Shown: in pieces, positions 39,722-49,620 of the stretch
Layout of the letters: the number at the start of each line of letters is the position of its first letter
Position numbering within the stretch: position 1 is the first letter of the stretch
Source of the DNA: an uncultured Chthonomonadaceae bacterium
Lineage (GTDB): Bacteria > Armatimonadota > Chthonomonadetes > Chthonomonadales > Chthonomonadaceae
Assembly (NCBI GenBank): GCA_963817895.1
Contig: CAWFQB010000001.1
Location: 960,001-1,024,000, forward strand
DNA length: 64,000 nucleotides
Direction of reading: 5' to 3'
The notes under the pieces: model-generated
Database searches by the model: none
What the model saw: only the letters and a program-made list of their open reading frames with translations
What the model was told of the DNA's origin: nothing
Position numbers and translations under genes: made by a program

Positions 39722-39922
39722 CTTGTGGGAGGGGCGCGCTTTTCTCCTGCCGCCGCCGCATGGTATAAAACCTAAAAGGTTTGTTGTCGGTCTGATTGCA
39801 GGAATCTGCGCAGTCATACAGGAATTATCAGGTTGTCTGGACGCTTCTATGAAGTCGTCAGGCTGCATATTAGACCGAGCCAACACCCACTCACCAATCT
39901 TAACCCATGAAGGAGCTTTTTC

Positions 39923-41626
39923 ATGAACACTGCTGTACGCAAATCTCGCGCGGTTCGCTTGCTGCCAGCCGCGCTCGTGGCGGCCCTGCTCCTCGTGCCG
40001 ATCCTCTCGCAAGAACAAACATTCTACGGTTCCGGCGGCTCCACAAACACCGCTCCCAACGTGACTAATCTGGCTTTTGGCTACCAGGCTCTTCTTTCCA
40101 ACACGGCGGGCTTTAACATCGCTATCGGCTACCAGGCTCTCCTGTCCAATAGTGGTGGAGTTGTCAACACGGCTATCGGGTATCAGGCCCTCAATTCAAA
40201 CACGTTTGGCGGTCACAATATTGGGATAGGGTATCAAGCCCTCTATTCCAACACCACCGGTGAAAATATTGGCATTGGCTTCCAGTCCCTCTACTCCAAT
40301 ACCACCGGCGTTGCTAACATTGGCCTCGGCGATTATTCCCTTTTCTTAAATACCACAGGGCAATACAACACCGGCCTGGGGATTGGCGCCCTCTACTCCA
40401 ATACCACAGGAAACTACAACATAGCCAATGGGAGCCAGGCTCTCTATTTCAACACCACGGGCAACAACAATACGGCAAATGGATTCTACGCCCTCAATGC
40501 CAACACCACCGGCAATGCCAACACGGCCAATGGCACCAACGCCCTCGACTTCAACACCACAGGCGGCCAAAACACCGCCGATGGGTATGAAGCCCTCTAC
40601 TTCAACACCACCGGCAATGCCAACACGGCGCACGGGTATCAGGCGCTCTTTAGAAACAGCACAGGAAACTACAGCACCGCCGATGGTTATCAGGCTCTCT
40701 TTGCCAACCTCGGAGACTACAACGCGGCCACAGGCAGTTTTGCCCTCAACGCCAACACCAGTGGCACCCAGAATGTCGCCAGTGGCGCCTACGCGCTCTA
40801 CGTCAACACCACAGGAAACAATAATGCCGCGCATGGTCATGCGGGACTTGCCGCCAATACCACAGGCAGCTACAACACTGCCGATGGCGATTACTCTCTC
40901 TTCCGCAACGTGACGGGCAACAACAACATTGGGTTAGGCTTCGGAGCGGGACAGAACGTGACAGGGTACAACAACATCGCTATCGGCAGTCCGGGCGTCA
41001 CTGACGAATCGGGAACCATCCGTTTGGGGACGCCCGGATTGCAGGGCGCAACTTACATCGCGGGCATCAACGGCGTGACGGCCAGCGGCGGCGCGTCGGT
41101 CTACATCAACGCCAACGGCCAACTCGGAACCCTCACCTCTTCGCGCAGGTTCAAGAACGACATCCACGACATGGGCAGCGTGAGCGAGAAGCTGATGCAG
41201 TTGCGTCCGGTCACGTTCCGCTACAAGGACACGGCGGAAAAAGGAACTCATGCGCGGCAATATGGATTGATTGCCGAAGAAGTGGCGAAGGTGTACCCCG
41301 ACCTCGTGCAGTACGACAAAGCGGGCAAGCCCTTCACCATCTACTACCACCTGCTCACCCCCATGCTCCTCAACGAACTCCAAAAAGAACATCGGCAGGC
41401 GGACGCTCAGAAAACTAAACTGGTGTCCTTAGAAGCGGCGCATAAAGCAGAGATTTTTGCTTTGAAATCGGAGTTGGCGGCTTTGAAGCAGTCACAACAA
41501 CAGCAACTTGCCGCCTTGAAGCAGTCGCAGCAACAGCAGTTTGCGGCCTTGAACAAACTCGCCAACATGGTAACTGCGTTCCAGAACAAAACGACCGGGC
41601 AACAGGCAGTATATACGCCCCGTTAA
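39923..41626 (+). CDS. Secreted 14-aa-repeat fibre protein with peptidase S74 (intramolecular chaperone) domain, copy 1
   Basis: Signal peptide; NTA.G..AL..NTTG repeats; TSSRRFK..I..M, LRPVTFRY, GLIAEEV; coiled coil. Confidence 0.9.
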   Translation: MNTAVRKSRAVRLLPAALVAALLLVPILSQEQTFYGSGGSTNTAPNVTNLAFGYQALLSNTAGFNIAIGYQALLSNSGGVVNTAIGYQALNSNTFGGHNIGIGYQALYSNTTGENIGIGFQSLYSNTTGVANIGLGDYSLFLNTTGQYNTGLGIGALYSNTTGNYNIANGSQALYFNTTGNNNTANGFYALNANTTGNANTANGTNALDFNTTGGQNTADGYEALYFNTTGNANTAHGYQALFRNSTGNYSTADGYQALFANLGDYNAATGSFALNANTSGTQNVASGAYALYVNTTGNNNAAHGHAGLAANTTGSYNTADGDYSLFRNVTGNNNIGLGFGAGQNVTGYNNIAIGSPGVTDESGTIRLGTPGLQGATYIAGINGVTASGGASVYINANGQLGTLTSSRRFKNDIHDMGSVSEKLMQLRPVTFRYKDTAEKGTHARQYGLIAEEVAKVYPDLVQYDKAGKPFTIYYHLLTPMLLNELQKEHRQADAQKTKLVSLEAAHKAEIFALKSELAALKQSQQQQLAALKQSQQQQFAALNKLANMVTAFQNKTTGQQAVYTPR

Positions 41627-41797
41627 TCGTTTCCCAAAATACTAACAGCCACAGGAAACGGTTTGCTGCCGTTCGGATTGCAGGAATCGGCATAGTCTTG
41701 GAAGAATTATGAGACAGCCAAAACGATTTCAAACGTTCGGCTGCGTCCTATACCAGGCCAATACCCCCGGCTCTCTCAACCCTCGAAGGAGTTATCC

Positions 41798-43546
41798 ATG
41801 AACACTGCTGTACGCAAATCCCGTTCCTCTCGCCTGTTGAAGGGCACGCTCGTCTCCGGGCTGCTCCTCTTGCCTCTCGTGGCATTGGCACAGACCTTTT
41901 ATGGTTCCGGTGGCAGTGACAATACGGCTACAAACACCTCTAATGTTGCGTTTGGCTATCTAACGCTCAACGTTAATACCACGGGCTACAACGACACGGC
42001 GTTAGGACTGAATGCTCTCGCTGCCAATACCACCGGTTTCAACAACACGGCAGTAGGTAGGGGTTCCCTGACTACCAACACGGGGGCGACAAACAACACT
42101 GCTGTCGGCGCTTTAGCCCTCAACTCCAGCAACAACTTCGCGAATACTGCTGTTGGCGCTGAGGCGCTCATGTTCAACACCACAGGCTTGGAAAATACTG
42201 CCGTGGGGGCTTATGCGCTTGTAAACAATACACAGGGCAATTACAATACCGCAACAGGTGTAGGCGCTCTTGAGGGCAACACCACTGGCAGCTACAACAA
42301 TGCTTTTGGCTTTCAAGCGCTAGAACAAAACACTACCGGCATGGATAATGTTGCCACAGGCACGGCGGCCCTCCAATTCAATAAAACCGGCAGCTACAAT
42401 ACAGCGACCGGGGACTTTTGCCTCACCTTCAACACGACAGGCAGCAATAACACCGGCATCGGCTGTACAGCCCTCAACAACAATTCAACAGGGAGCAACA
42501 ACTCTGCCAATGGCTACAGTGCTCTGACCAGCAACACCACTGGCAGCTTCAATACGGCTCATGGCAGCTATGCTCTCAACTCCAACACGACAGGCAATAA
42601 CAATATTGCTGTAGGCTACGGGGCGTTGTACGTCAATAGTGCCGGGGTCAACAACAATGCCTTTGGCTACCTGGCTCTGAACCAGAACAGTATGGGCAAT
42701 GACAACGCCGCTTTCGGGTATCTGGCACTGTATACCAACTCCACGGGCACACAGAACGCCGCCTTCGGCAACAATGCCCTGTTTTTCAACACCGCAGGCA
42801 ACGACAACACCGCGCAGGGCTTCAACGCGCTTGCGCTGAACACCACCGGCAGCTACAACACCGCGCTTGGTGACTATGCCCTCAACTCCAATTCCACCGG
42901 CAACAACAACATCGGCGTGGGCTTTGGAGCCGGACAGAGCCTCACGACCGGTCACAACAACATAGACATTGGCAACCCCGGCGCGCAGGGAGATACCGGC
43001 CTTATCCGCATCGGCTCTGCCGGCGTTCACAATGCCGCTCTGATCGCCGGCATCAACGGGGTAAATGTCGGCAATGGCGTTCCTGTGTATATCAACGCCA
43101 ACGGTCAGCTCGGCACAGTGACCTCTTCGCGCAGGTTCAAGAACGATATTCAGGACATGGGCAATGTCAGTGAGAAACTGATGCAGTTGCGTCCGGTCAC
43201 GTTCCGGTATAAGGACACGGCGGAGAAAGGAACCCATGCGCGGCAATATGGCCTGATTGCCGAAGAAGTGGCGAAGGTGTACCCCGACCTCGTGCAGTAC
43301 GACAAAGCGGGCAAGCCCTTCACCATCTACTACCACCTGCTCACCCCCATGCTCCTCAACGAACTCCAAAAAGAACACCGCCGTTCCGAGGTGAAGGAGG
43401 CAGAAATTACGACCTTGAAATCAGAGTTGGCGGCGTTGAAGCAATCGCAACAGCAACAACTCGCCGCGTTGAACAAACTCACCAACATGGTAACTGCGTC
43501 TCAGAACAAAGCAGCCGGGCAACAGGCGGTGTATACGCCCCGCTAA
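41798..43546 (+). CDS. Secreted 14-aa-repeat fibre protein with peptidase S74 domain, copy 2
   Basis: Same architecture; same MNTAVRKSR start and QQAVYTPR end. Confidence 0.9.
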   Translation: MNTAVRKSRSSRLLKGTLVSGLLLLPLVALAQTFYGSGGSDNTATNTSNVAFGYLTLNVNTTGYNDTALGLNALAANTTGFNNTAVGRGSLTTNTGATNNTAVGALALNSSNNFANTAVGAEALMFNTTGLENTAVGAYALVNNTQGNYNTATGVGALEGNTTGSYNNAFGFQALEQNTTGMDNVATGTAALQFNKTGSYNTATGDFCLTFNTTGSNNTGIGCTALNNNSTGSNNSANGYSALTSNTTGSFNTAHGSYALNSNTTGNNNIAVGYGALYVNSAGVNNNAFGYLALNQNSMGNDNAAFGYLALYTNSTGTQNAAFGNNALFFNTAGNDNTAQGFNALALNTTGSYNTALGDYALNSNSTGNNNIGVGFGAGQSLTTGHNNIDIGNPGAQGDTGLIRIGSAGVHNAALIAGINGVNVGNGVPVYINANGQLGTVTSSRRFKNDIQDMGNVSEKLMQLRPVTFRYKDTAEKGTHARQYGLIAEEVAKVYPDLVQYDKAGKPFTIYYHLLTPMLLNELQKEHRRSEVKEAEITTLKSELAALKQSQQQQLAALNKLTNMVTASQNKAAGQQAVYTPR

Positions 43547-43568
43547 TCGTTCCCGCTCCTGATGCGAC

Positions 43569-43602
43569 AACAGCCTTCTTCCATCGTTGGAAGAAGGCTG
43601 TT
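43569..43602. terminator. Terminator-like hairpin
   Basis: 15-bp stem aacagccttcttcca/tggaagaaggctgtt. Confidence 0.7.
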
Positions 43603-44006
43603 CGTCTGCCTCATGCTGCCCTGTCTGTGGTCTTGCCTGCCTTGTTCCCGGCCTGAACGCCACAAGCCCCTCCGACGTGGAAGGGCTTGCTGACGTCCTT
43701 GCGTATTCCTGCCTGGGTCGTGTATAATTGGGGTAGGTGTTCCCCATACGGAGGCCGTATCCAATCGCCCCGTCATCATCGGTGAAGGTCAGCGTCGTAC
43801 CTGAAATTGGGGACAGGGCTGGCCTTTTTTGCCTGTCTGTAAACAACACAATGCTTTAAACCACAAAAAAACTTTTTTGATTTGCGTCTTCACACCCGCG
43901 CCCTTGCTGACAATCCGCTTGCTCGTCTTCGCCTCCATCCCTGCGCCCTCTGCCCCGACTGTTCACTGTATCCCGTCCTGCCTTGCCAGTGACACGCGCG
44001 GCTCAG

Positions 44007-44279
44007 TTACGCCTGTTCTTTCTCCACATGCTTTACAGGGAGGCGAAACCAGAAGGTTAAACCTTTGCCGTGTCCTTCACTCTCTACCCACGCCTCCCCG
44101 CCCATAAACTTGAGCAGCATGTTGGTAAGACGCCAATCCTCGAGACGTGAATTGTAGTTCACGTTTGAGTAGGAGGAAGGATAGCCTTGTGTTCCACTCA
44201 CAGAGTGACTCCGAGCATAGACAGGAGAGTCGCTTTGCCCGCCTATCCGTACTCTTCGCTTAACTGGTTTCGGCTCCAT
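44007..44279 (-). pseudogene. Short ORF ending in a histidine kinase HATPase C-terminal fragment
   Basis: MGGEAWVESEGHGKGLTFWFRLP (G2 box) with no H, N or G1 boxes. Confidence 0.55.
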
Positions 44280-44315
44280 ACTCACTCCTCTCGTTCCCAT
44301 CGTACAGTTTCCCTG

Positions 44316-44520
44316 GTACACCGTCAATGTAGAATGGTTAGGTAGGGGCGCTGCTTGCTGCGCCCAATACAGCTGCTTGCTGCGCCCAATACAGTTGCTT
44401 ACTGCGCCCTCTGCAAACGGTTGCCGCGCCTTTGTCTGAGGAGGGTTCAACCAATGTTGAGGAGGGTTCAGCAAGCAGAACCCCTGCAATGTACCCTGCT
44501 CTTCTACCTTGACGGTGTAC
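44316..44520. mobile_element. MITE-like element with 19-bp TIRs enclosing amplified GTAG-REP units
   Basis: gtacaccgtcaatgtagaa / ttctaccttgacggtgtac (18/19); internal 22-bp unit about 2.7 times; abuts the stop codon of the neighbouring gene. Confidence 0.8.
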
Positions 44521-45275
44521 TAACGCAACCGGTAATACACGGCGTACAGCCAGATTAGAAAGAGGATAGAAAACAGGCTCAACACAAGCGCGGCAATAAA
44601 CAACGTTCGGCCCAGGCGCGTGACGCCATAATGCGGGTTCAGGATATGCGGGTCGAACAGCGCCGCCAATCCACTCCACAGAGCGGGCGGGCCAAAGATG
44701 ATGGGATAGAAAAACAGAGTGTGGTCATGCAGAATGCTCTGATGGTTCCACCCTACCATTGTCACCCCGGCGATGAACAGAAGCAGGGGATAAAAACGAT
44801 CCAGCAAAAACGTCTGCGTGGGAGAGCGGGACTGGCGAATCGCGGCTTCCTTTTCCCGCCGTTCGCGGCTCCAGGCTTCTGTCGCTGCCAGCGCCGATAG
44901 CTGTGCCTGTTGTTTCTGCGCGGCGTCTGCCAGGTTGTCGAAATCCGGGGGCGGGGGGACGCTGAATCGGTCCAGCCGAGAACGGGGGTTGAGCGCCCGC
45001 GCGCGTTCCGCAATCTTACGCGCCACATACGCGCACCCGGCGCAAACCCCTGCCACTCCCAACCCCACCGCCAGCCATACCCCGGCATAGCGGTACTCTT
45101 TATCAGCAAAACTGAGGCCTGTCATGATGCCCATTCCTATCGTCAGCAATGCCGCGCAGGACGCGAGCAGCCACAATCCGCCACCCGCTATTTTCAGTCC
45201 GGCCCACTTCGCCGTCGCCTTCGCGTATTCCCGCTTGCCCACGCTCTGCTCGCCCGTGTCCGGTGTCTGCTTCAT
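44520..45275 (-). CDS. Hypothetical membrane protein
   Basis: About 5 predicted TM segments. Confidence 0.7.
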   Translation of the reverse strand: MKQTPDTGEQSVGKREYAKATAKWAGLKIAGGGLWLLASCAALLTIGMGIMTGLSFADKEYRYAGVWLAVGLGVAGVCAGCAYVARKIAERARALNPRSRLDRFSVPPPPDFDNLADAAQKQQAQLSALAATEAWSRERREKEAAIRQSRSPTQTFLLDRFYPLLLFIAGVTMVGWNHQSILHDHTLFFYPIIFGPPALWSGLAALFDPHILNPHYGVTRLGRTLFIAALVLSLFSILFLIWLYAVYYRLR

Positions 45276-45352
45276 GCCTGCCCCTCTACTTCCCCGCCCA
45301 ATTCTTCCGTCCTCTACTCCCCTTCGGCTTTCCGCTACGGACGCGGGGTATG

Positions 45353-45901
45353 CTACTTTACGCCTGCGGCGCGCTGGTACACTTCCTGCACAGTGCCGCT
45401 GCTCGGAAGCGCTTGCACGGCAAAGGTATTGACATTGGCAGCAAAGTCCGGGTGGAGGGTGAGGGTGTTGTTGGTCAGATCCACCACGCCATGCGCGTAG
45501 CCTCCTATGCCGCTATTATGTGGAGGTGGTGCGTTGGGGTCGTTTTGTATTATGAGGCTCACCTGGTTCGTGCCGGGCGTGAACGCATACCTGTACGTGA
45601 GGCTGCCTCCGTTGACGCGGTAGTAGCCATCCCGGTAAAAGGTGAGCGTATCGCTGCTGGCGCATTGGTTGCCGTACTGTCCTATGCTTGTAGGGGCAGT
45701 GGCGAACGCGGCAGGACAGGTCTGGGTGGTAGTGCCATCCGTGAGGGAACGCGCCGTCCAGGTTCCGACGAGGCTGTTGGGATCATTGGCAGGAGTGTTG
45801 TTGTCCGGGTTGGCGCTGCTGCCGCCGCCCCCACACCCTCCTAACGCGCACCCCAGGCACAGACAGACAAGCAGAGTAACCCATAGACGTACAGAAACCA
45901 T
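45353..45901 (-). CDS. Lipoprotein, lipocalin-like
   Basis: Lipobox LGGC, LVGTW motif. Confidence 0.7.
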   Translation of the reverse strand: MVSVRLWVTLLVCLCLGCALGGCGGGGSSANPDNNTPANDPNSLVGTWTARSLTDGTTTQTCPAAFATAPTSIGQYGNQCASSDTLTFYRDGYYRVNGGSLTYRYAFTPGTNQVSLIIQNDPNAPPPHNSGIGGYAHGVVDLTNNTLTLHPDFAANVNTFAVQALPSSGTVQEVYQRAAGVK

Positions 45902-46034
45902 GTTAAATTCCTTTGTGAATGTGTTGGAGATTCCGTTGTAACATTAGGCGGCGACAGTTGACTCTCCTGCATACCTGCGCGATCCGTCTTTCTCTACAGG
46001 ATTGTGGCTGATTTGCTTTTGGCTTACGGGCAGT

Positions 46035-46994
46035 TCAGACGGATTCGAGCAAATCGTTGTCGCGCATCCAGTCGTCGTTGAAGATTTTGCACAGGTAGTT
46101 GCGGCCTGTATCGGGCAGCAGCGCCACAATCGTCTTTGCCGGCGTTTTCCGGGCGACTGCCATAACGCAGGGCGGCGGCAACCGCGCAGCCTGCCGCGCC
46201 GCCGACAAGCATGCCCTCTTCCCGCGTGAGCCGCCGCGCCATCTGGAACGCTTCCCGGTCGGTAATGGTAATGGCCTCGTCCATCACGGCCGCATCGAAA
46301 TTTTGCGGCGCGACGGCTGCCCCGATGCCTTCCAGCAGATACGCGCCCGCTTCCCGCCGCCGAGGATGGAGCCTTGCGGGTCGGCGAGAATGATCTGAAC
46401 GGCAGGATTTTGTTCTTTCAGATAGCGTCCCGCGCCGCTCAAACTGCCGCCCGTGCCGACGCCGCAGACAAACGCATCCACTTTGCCTTCCGTATCCGCC
46501 CATATTTCCGGCCCGGTCGTCCGGTAATGAATGTCGGGATTGGCGGCATTGGCAAACTGGTCGGGCAGAAACCAGCCGTTTTCCCGCGCCAATCGCTGCG
46601 CCACCATCAATGAAATTGTCCGCGTCGCCTGGCGGCGCGTTGGGCGTTCGCACCACTTCGGCCCCATACGCCCGCAGCAAATCCTCTTTGTCCCGGCTCA
46701 TCTTTTCCGGCATCACGAACACGCACCGATAGCCGCGCACAGCCGCCACAAGCGCCAGACCCGACGCCCGTATTGCCCGCCGTCGCCTCGATAATCGTCG
46801 CGCCAGGGCGCAGGTTGCCGTCGCGTTCCGCCGCGTCAATCATCGCCAGCGCCGATCCGGTCTTTCACGATGCCGCCCGGATTGAGCATCTCCACTTTGC
46901 CCAGAATGGTTGCCGGACAATCTTTGCCCACGCGCGCCAGACGCACAAGCGGCGTGCGTCCAATACATTCCAGAATGTTCTCATAGATAGGCAT
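46035..46994 (-). CDS. Cysteine synthase / cystathionine beta-synthase family PLP enzyme (several frameshifts)
   Basis: IGRTPLVRL, NPGG.VKDR, EATAGNTG, GVGTGGS, LPDTGRNYL spread across frames. Confidence 0.88.
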
Positions 46995-47045
46995 AAATGT
47001 TTTCAGTTTATTGTTGACTTATGATTCAGATGATTCAAACAGGTT

Positions 47046-48264
47046 TCAGTCCAATGCCTGTTCCAGATCGGCAATCAAATCGTCTGCGTCCTCAATTCCG
47101 ACGGACAGGCGCACCAGCGCGGGACTGATTTCGATGGAGGAGCCGGCCAGACTGGCATGTGTCATTGCGCCCGGATGCTCGATGAGCGATTCCACGCCGC
47201 CCAGACTTTCGGCCAGCGTGAACAGTCGGGTTCTGGCGACGAGTTCGCGGGCTTTTGTTTCGCCGCCCCGCGCCAGAAACGATACCATGCCGCCATACCC
47301 GGCGCGTTCCAATGCCTGTTCCGGCGTCGCGCTTCCGTGCCACGCTCTCCATCGCCCCGCCGCTTGCCATGTTGCGCCTTGCCGCGTCATGCTGCGGATC
47401 TGTTGGCAGGCCGGGATAAAACACTTTTTCAACCGCCGCGTGTCGCGATAGAAACTCGCGCCACGCTGCAGGGCGTTTGCCCCATGCTGCCGCATCCGTA
47501 TGCCCAGCGTCTTGATGCCCCGCAGCACGAGAAAACAGTCCTGCGGGCCGGGTACGCTTCCCGTCGCGTTCTGATGAAACGCCAGTTTGCCGCGCAGTTC
47601 GTCATCGTTGAGAACGATCAGGCCGCCCACCACATCGCTGTGTCCGCCGAGATATTTTGTCGCGCTGTGCAGAACGAAATCCGCGCCGAACAGCAACGGA
47701 CGCTGCAAGTACGGGGACGCGAACGTGTTGTCAACGGCAAGCCATGCGCCATATTCGATGCGCCAGTTCTGCCGTTTGCGCAATGTCAATGCTTTTCAGC
47801 CAGGGATTGGTCGGCGTTTCCAGCCACACCATTCTGGTTTGCGGCGTAAACGCCGACTTTGCTTTGTCCCTGTCCGTCAGGTCGGCAAGCGCGAACGTGA
47901 TGCCGTAACGGGACAGGACGCGGGCGAACAGGCGGTACGTGCCGCCGTACACATCGTCGCTCAACACAACATGGTCGCCCGGTTCCAGCAGATAGCAAAG
48001 CGTTGTGGTCGCCGCCATGCCGCTGGCAAACGCAAGCCCGTGTTTGCCGCTTTCCAGTGACGCGATACACTCTTCCAGCGCTTTGCGGGTCGGGTTCTGA
48101 GTGCGGGCGTACTCGTAGCCGCCATACGGCTTTCCCACCTCATGTTGCGCGAACGTGCTGGTCTGGTAGATGGGAACTGATACGGCCCCCGTATGTGGGT
48201 CGGGCGGCTGTCCCGCGTGAATAGCCCGTGTCGCAAAACCTAAATGGGTCGGGTCGCCTTTCAT
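47046..48264 (-). CDS. Cystathionine gamma-lyase/synthase (frameshifted)
   Basis: FATRAIHAG, PIYQTST, ETPTNP, DNTFASP, HSATKYLGGHSD, AESLGGVESL. Confidence 0.9.
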
Positions 48265-48428
48265 GTTTTCCTCTTGTCGCGATTTTTTGATGTTGCCCTG
48301 TATCAGCGTATTACGCGCAATTATACCCTTCTGCCTACGCGATTTGACGGCAGAAAACGTAATACACAAAGAGCGCTGAAAAAGCCAGCAGAAACAGGTT
48401 GAAAGCAACGACGGATAAGGAACGGCTT

Positions 48429-49609
48429 ATGATGTCAGATACGAACAATTCCGCCGATGATGGCATGAATGTAAAACGCAGGCGGTTTCTAAAGGCCGCC
48501 GCGCTTGCGGGCGCGGGGCTTGCGGCAGGCGCAAACGCGAACGCGCAGGCGGCGCAAATTACTGCCGCCGATACGAACGACGCGCCGATGCCCGCGCTTT
48601 CGCCCCTGCCCATGACCCATACGGGCGCGGGGCAGATACCGCAAAAGCCACTCGGCAAAACGGGCGTCAATGTCTCCATTCTGGGCATGGGCGGCCACCA
48701 TCTGGGCGATGTGGAAAGCGTGGATGAGGCCGTTCGCATGGTGCAGAAGGCGGTTGACGCGGGCATTACGTTCTTCGATAACTGCTGGGAGTACCACAAC
48801 GGCAAAAGCGAGGATTGGCTGGGCCGGGGCTTGAAAGGGCGGCGCGACAACGTGTTCCTGATGACGAAAGTGTGTACGCACGGGCGCGACGCGCAAACTG
48901 GGAATGCAGATGCTGGAAGAGTCGCTGCGCCGCCTGCAAACCGACCATCTCGATCTGTGGCAGATACACGCCATCACCTACGACAACGATCCCGCCCTCG
49001 CCTACGCGAAGGGCGGCATTCTGGAAGCCATGAGCAAGGCGAAACAGCAGGGCAAAGTGCGATTTGTCGGCTTCACGGGACACAAAGACCCCGGCATGCA
49101 CCTGGAAATGCTGCGGCGCGGTTTTGCCTTCGATACCGTGCAGATGCCGCTCAATCCGTTCGACGCCAATTTCTTCAGTTTTCAGCGGCAGGTATTGCCG
49201 GAAGCCATGCGGCGCGGGATTGGCGCGTTGGGCATGAAGCCGATGGGCGGCACGGCGGAGTCCGTCAAGCGCGGCGTGGTCACGCCCGAAGAACTGCTGC
49301 GCTACGCCATGAGCCTGCCCGTCGCCACAACCATCAGCGGCATGGATTCTGCTGGAAGTGCTGAACAAAAACATCGCGCTCGCGCGGGGTTTTCAGCCCC
49401 TGAGCGCGTCCGACAAGCAGAGCTTGGAACAGCGGTGCGCCCCGACTGCCGGGGATGGCCGCTTTGAACTGTACAAAGTGTCCCTCAAGTACGACAACCC
49501 CGAAACCCGCCAGCCGCACGGCTTCCCGATTGACATGCAGCAAAAGGAAGTGAAAGAGTCGTTGCAGCAAAAAGGCCGGCCCGGTTCGGACGAGTCGCGT
49601 TTGAAGTAA
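48429..49609 (+). CDS. Tat-exported aldo/keto reductase (frameshifts at ~48900 and ~49350)
   Basis: KRRRFLK, FFDNCWEY, TKVC, DHLDLWQIH, GFTGHK. Confidence 0.87.
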
Positions 49610-49620
49610 AAGGAACCTCA

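Noticed and set aside
39923..43546. Prophage or diversity-generating retroelement
   Set aside because: No structural, integrase or reverse transcriptase genes; the shared block is identical rather than adenine-mutated; the proteins have signal peptides.
44350..44409. 22-bp direct repeats as a CRISPR array
   Set aside because: Units are contiguous with no unique spacers and no cas genes; they are amplified REP halves.
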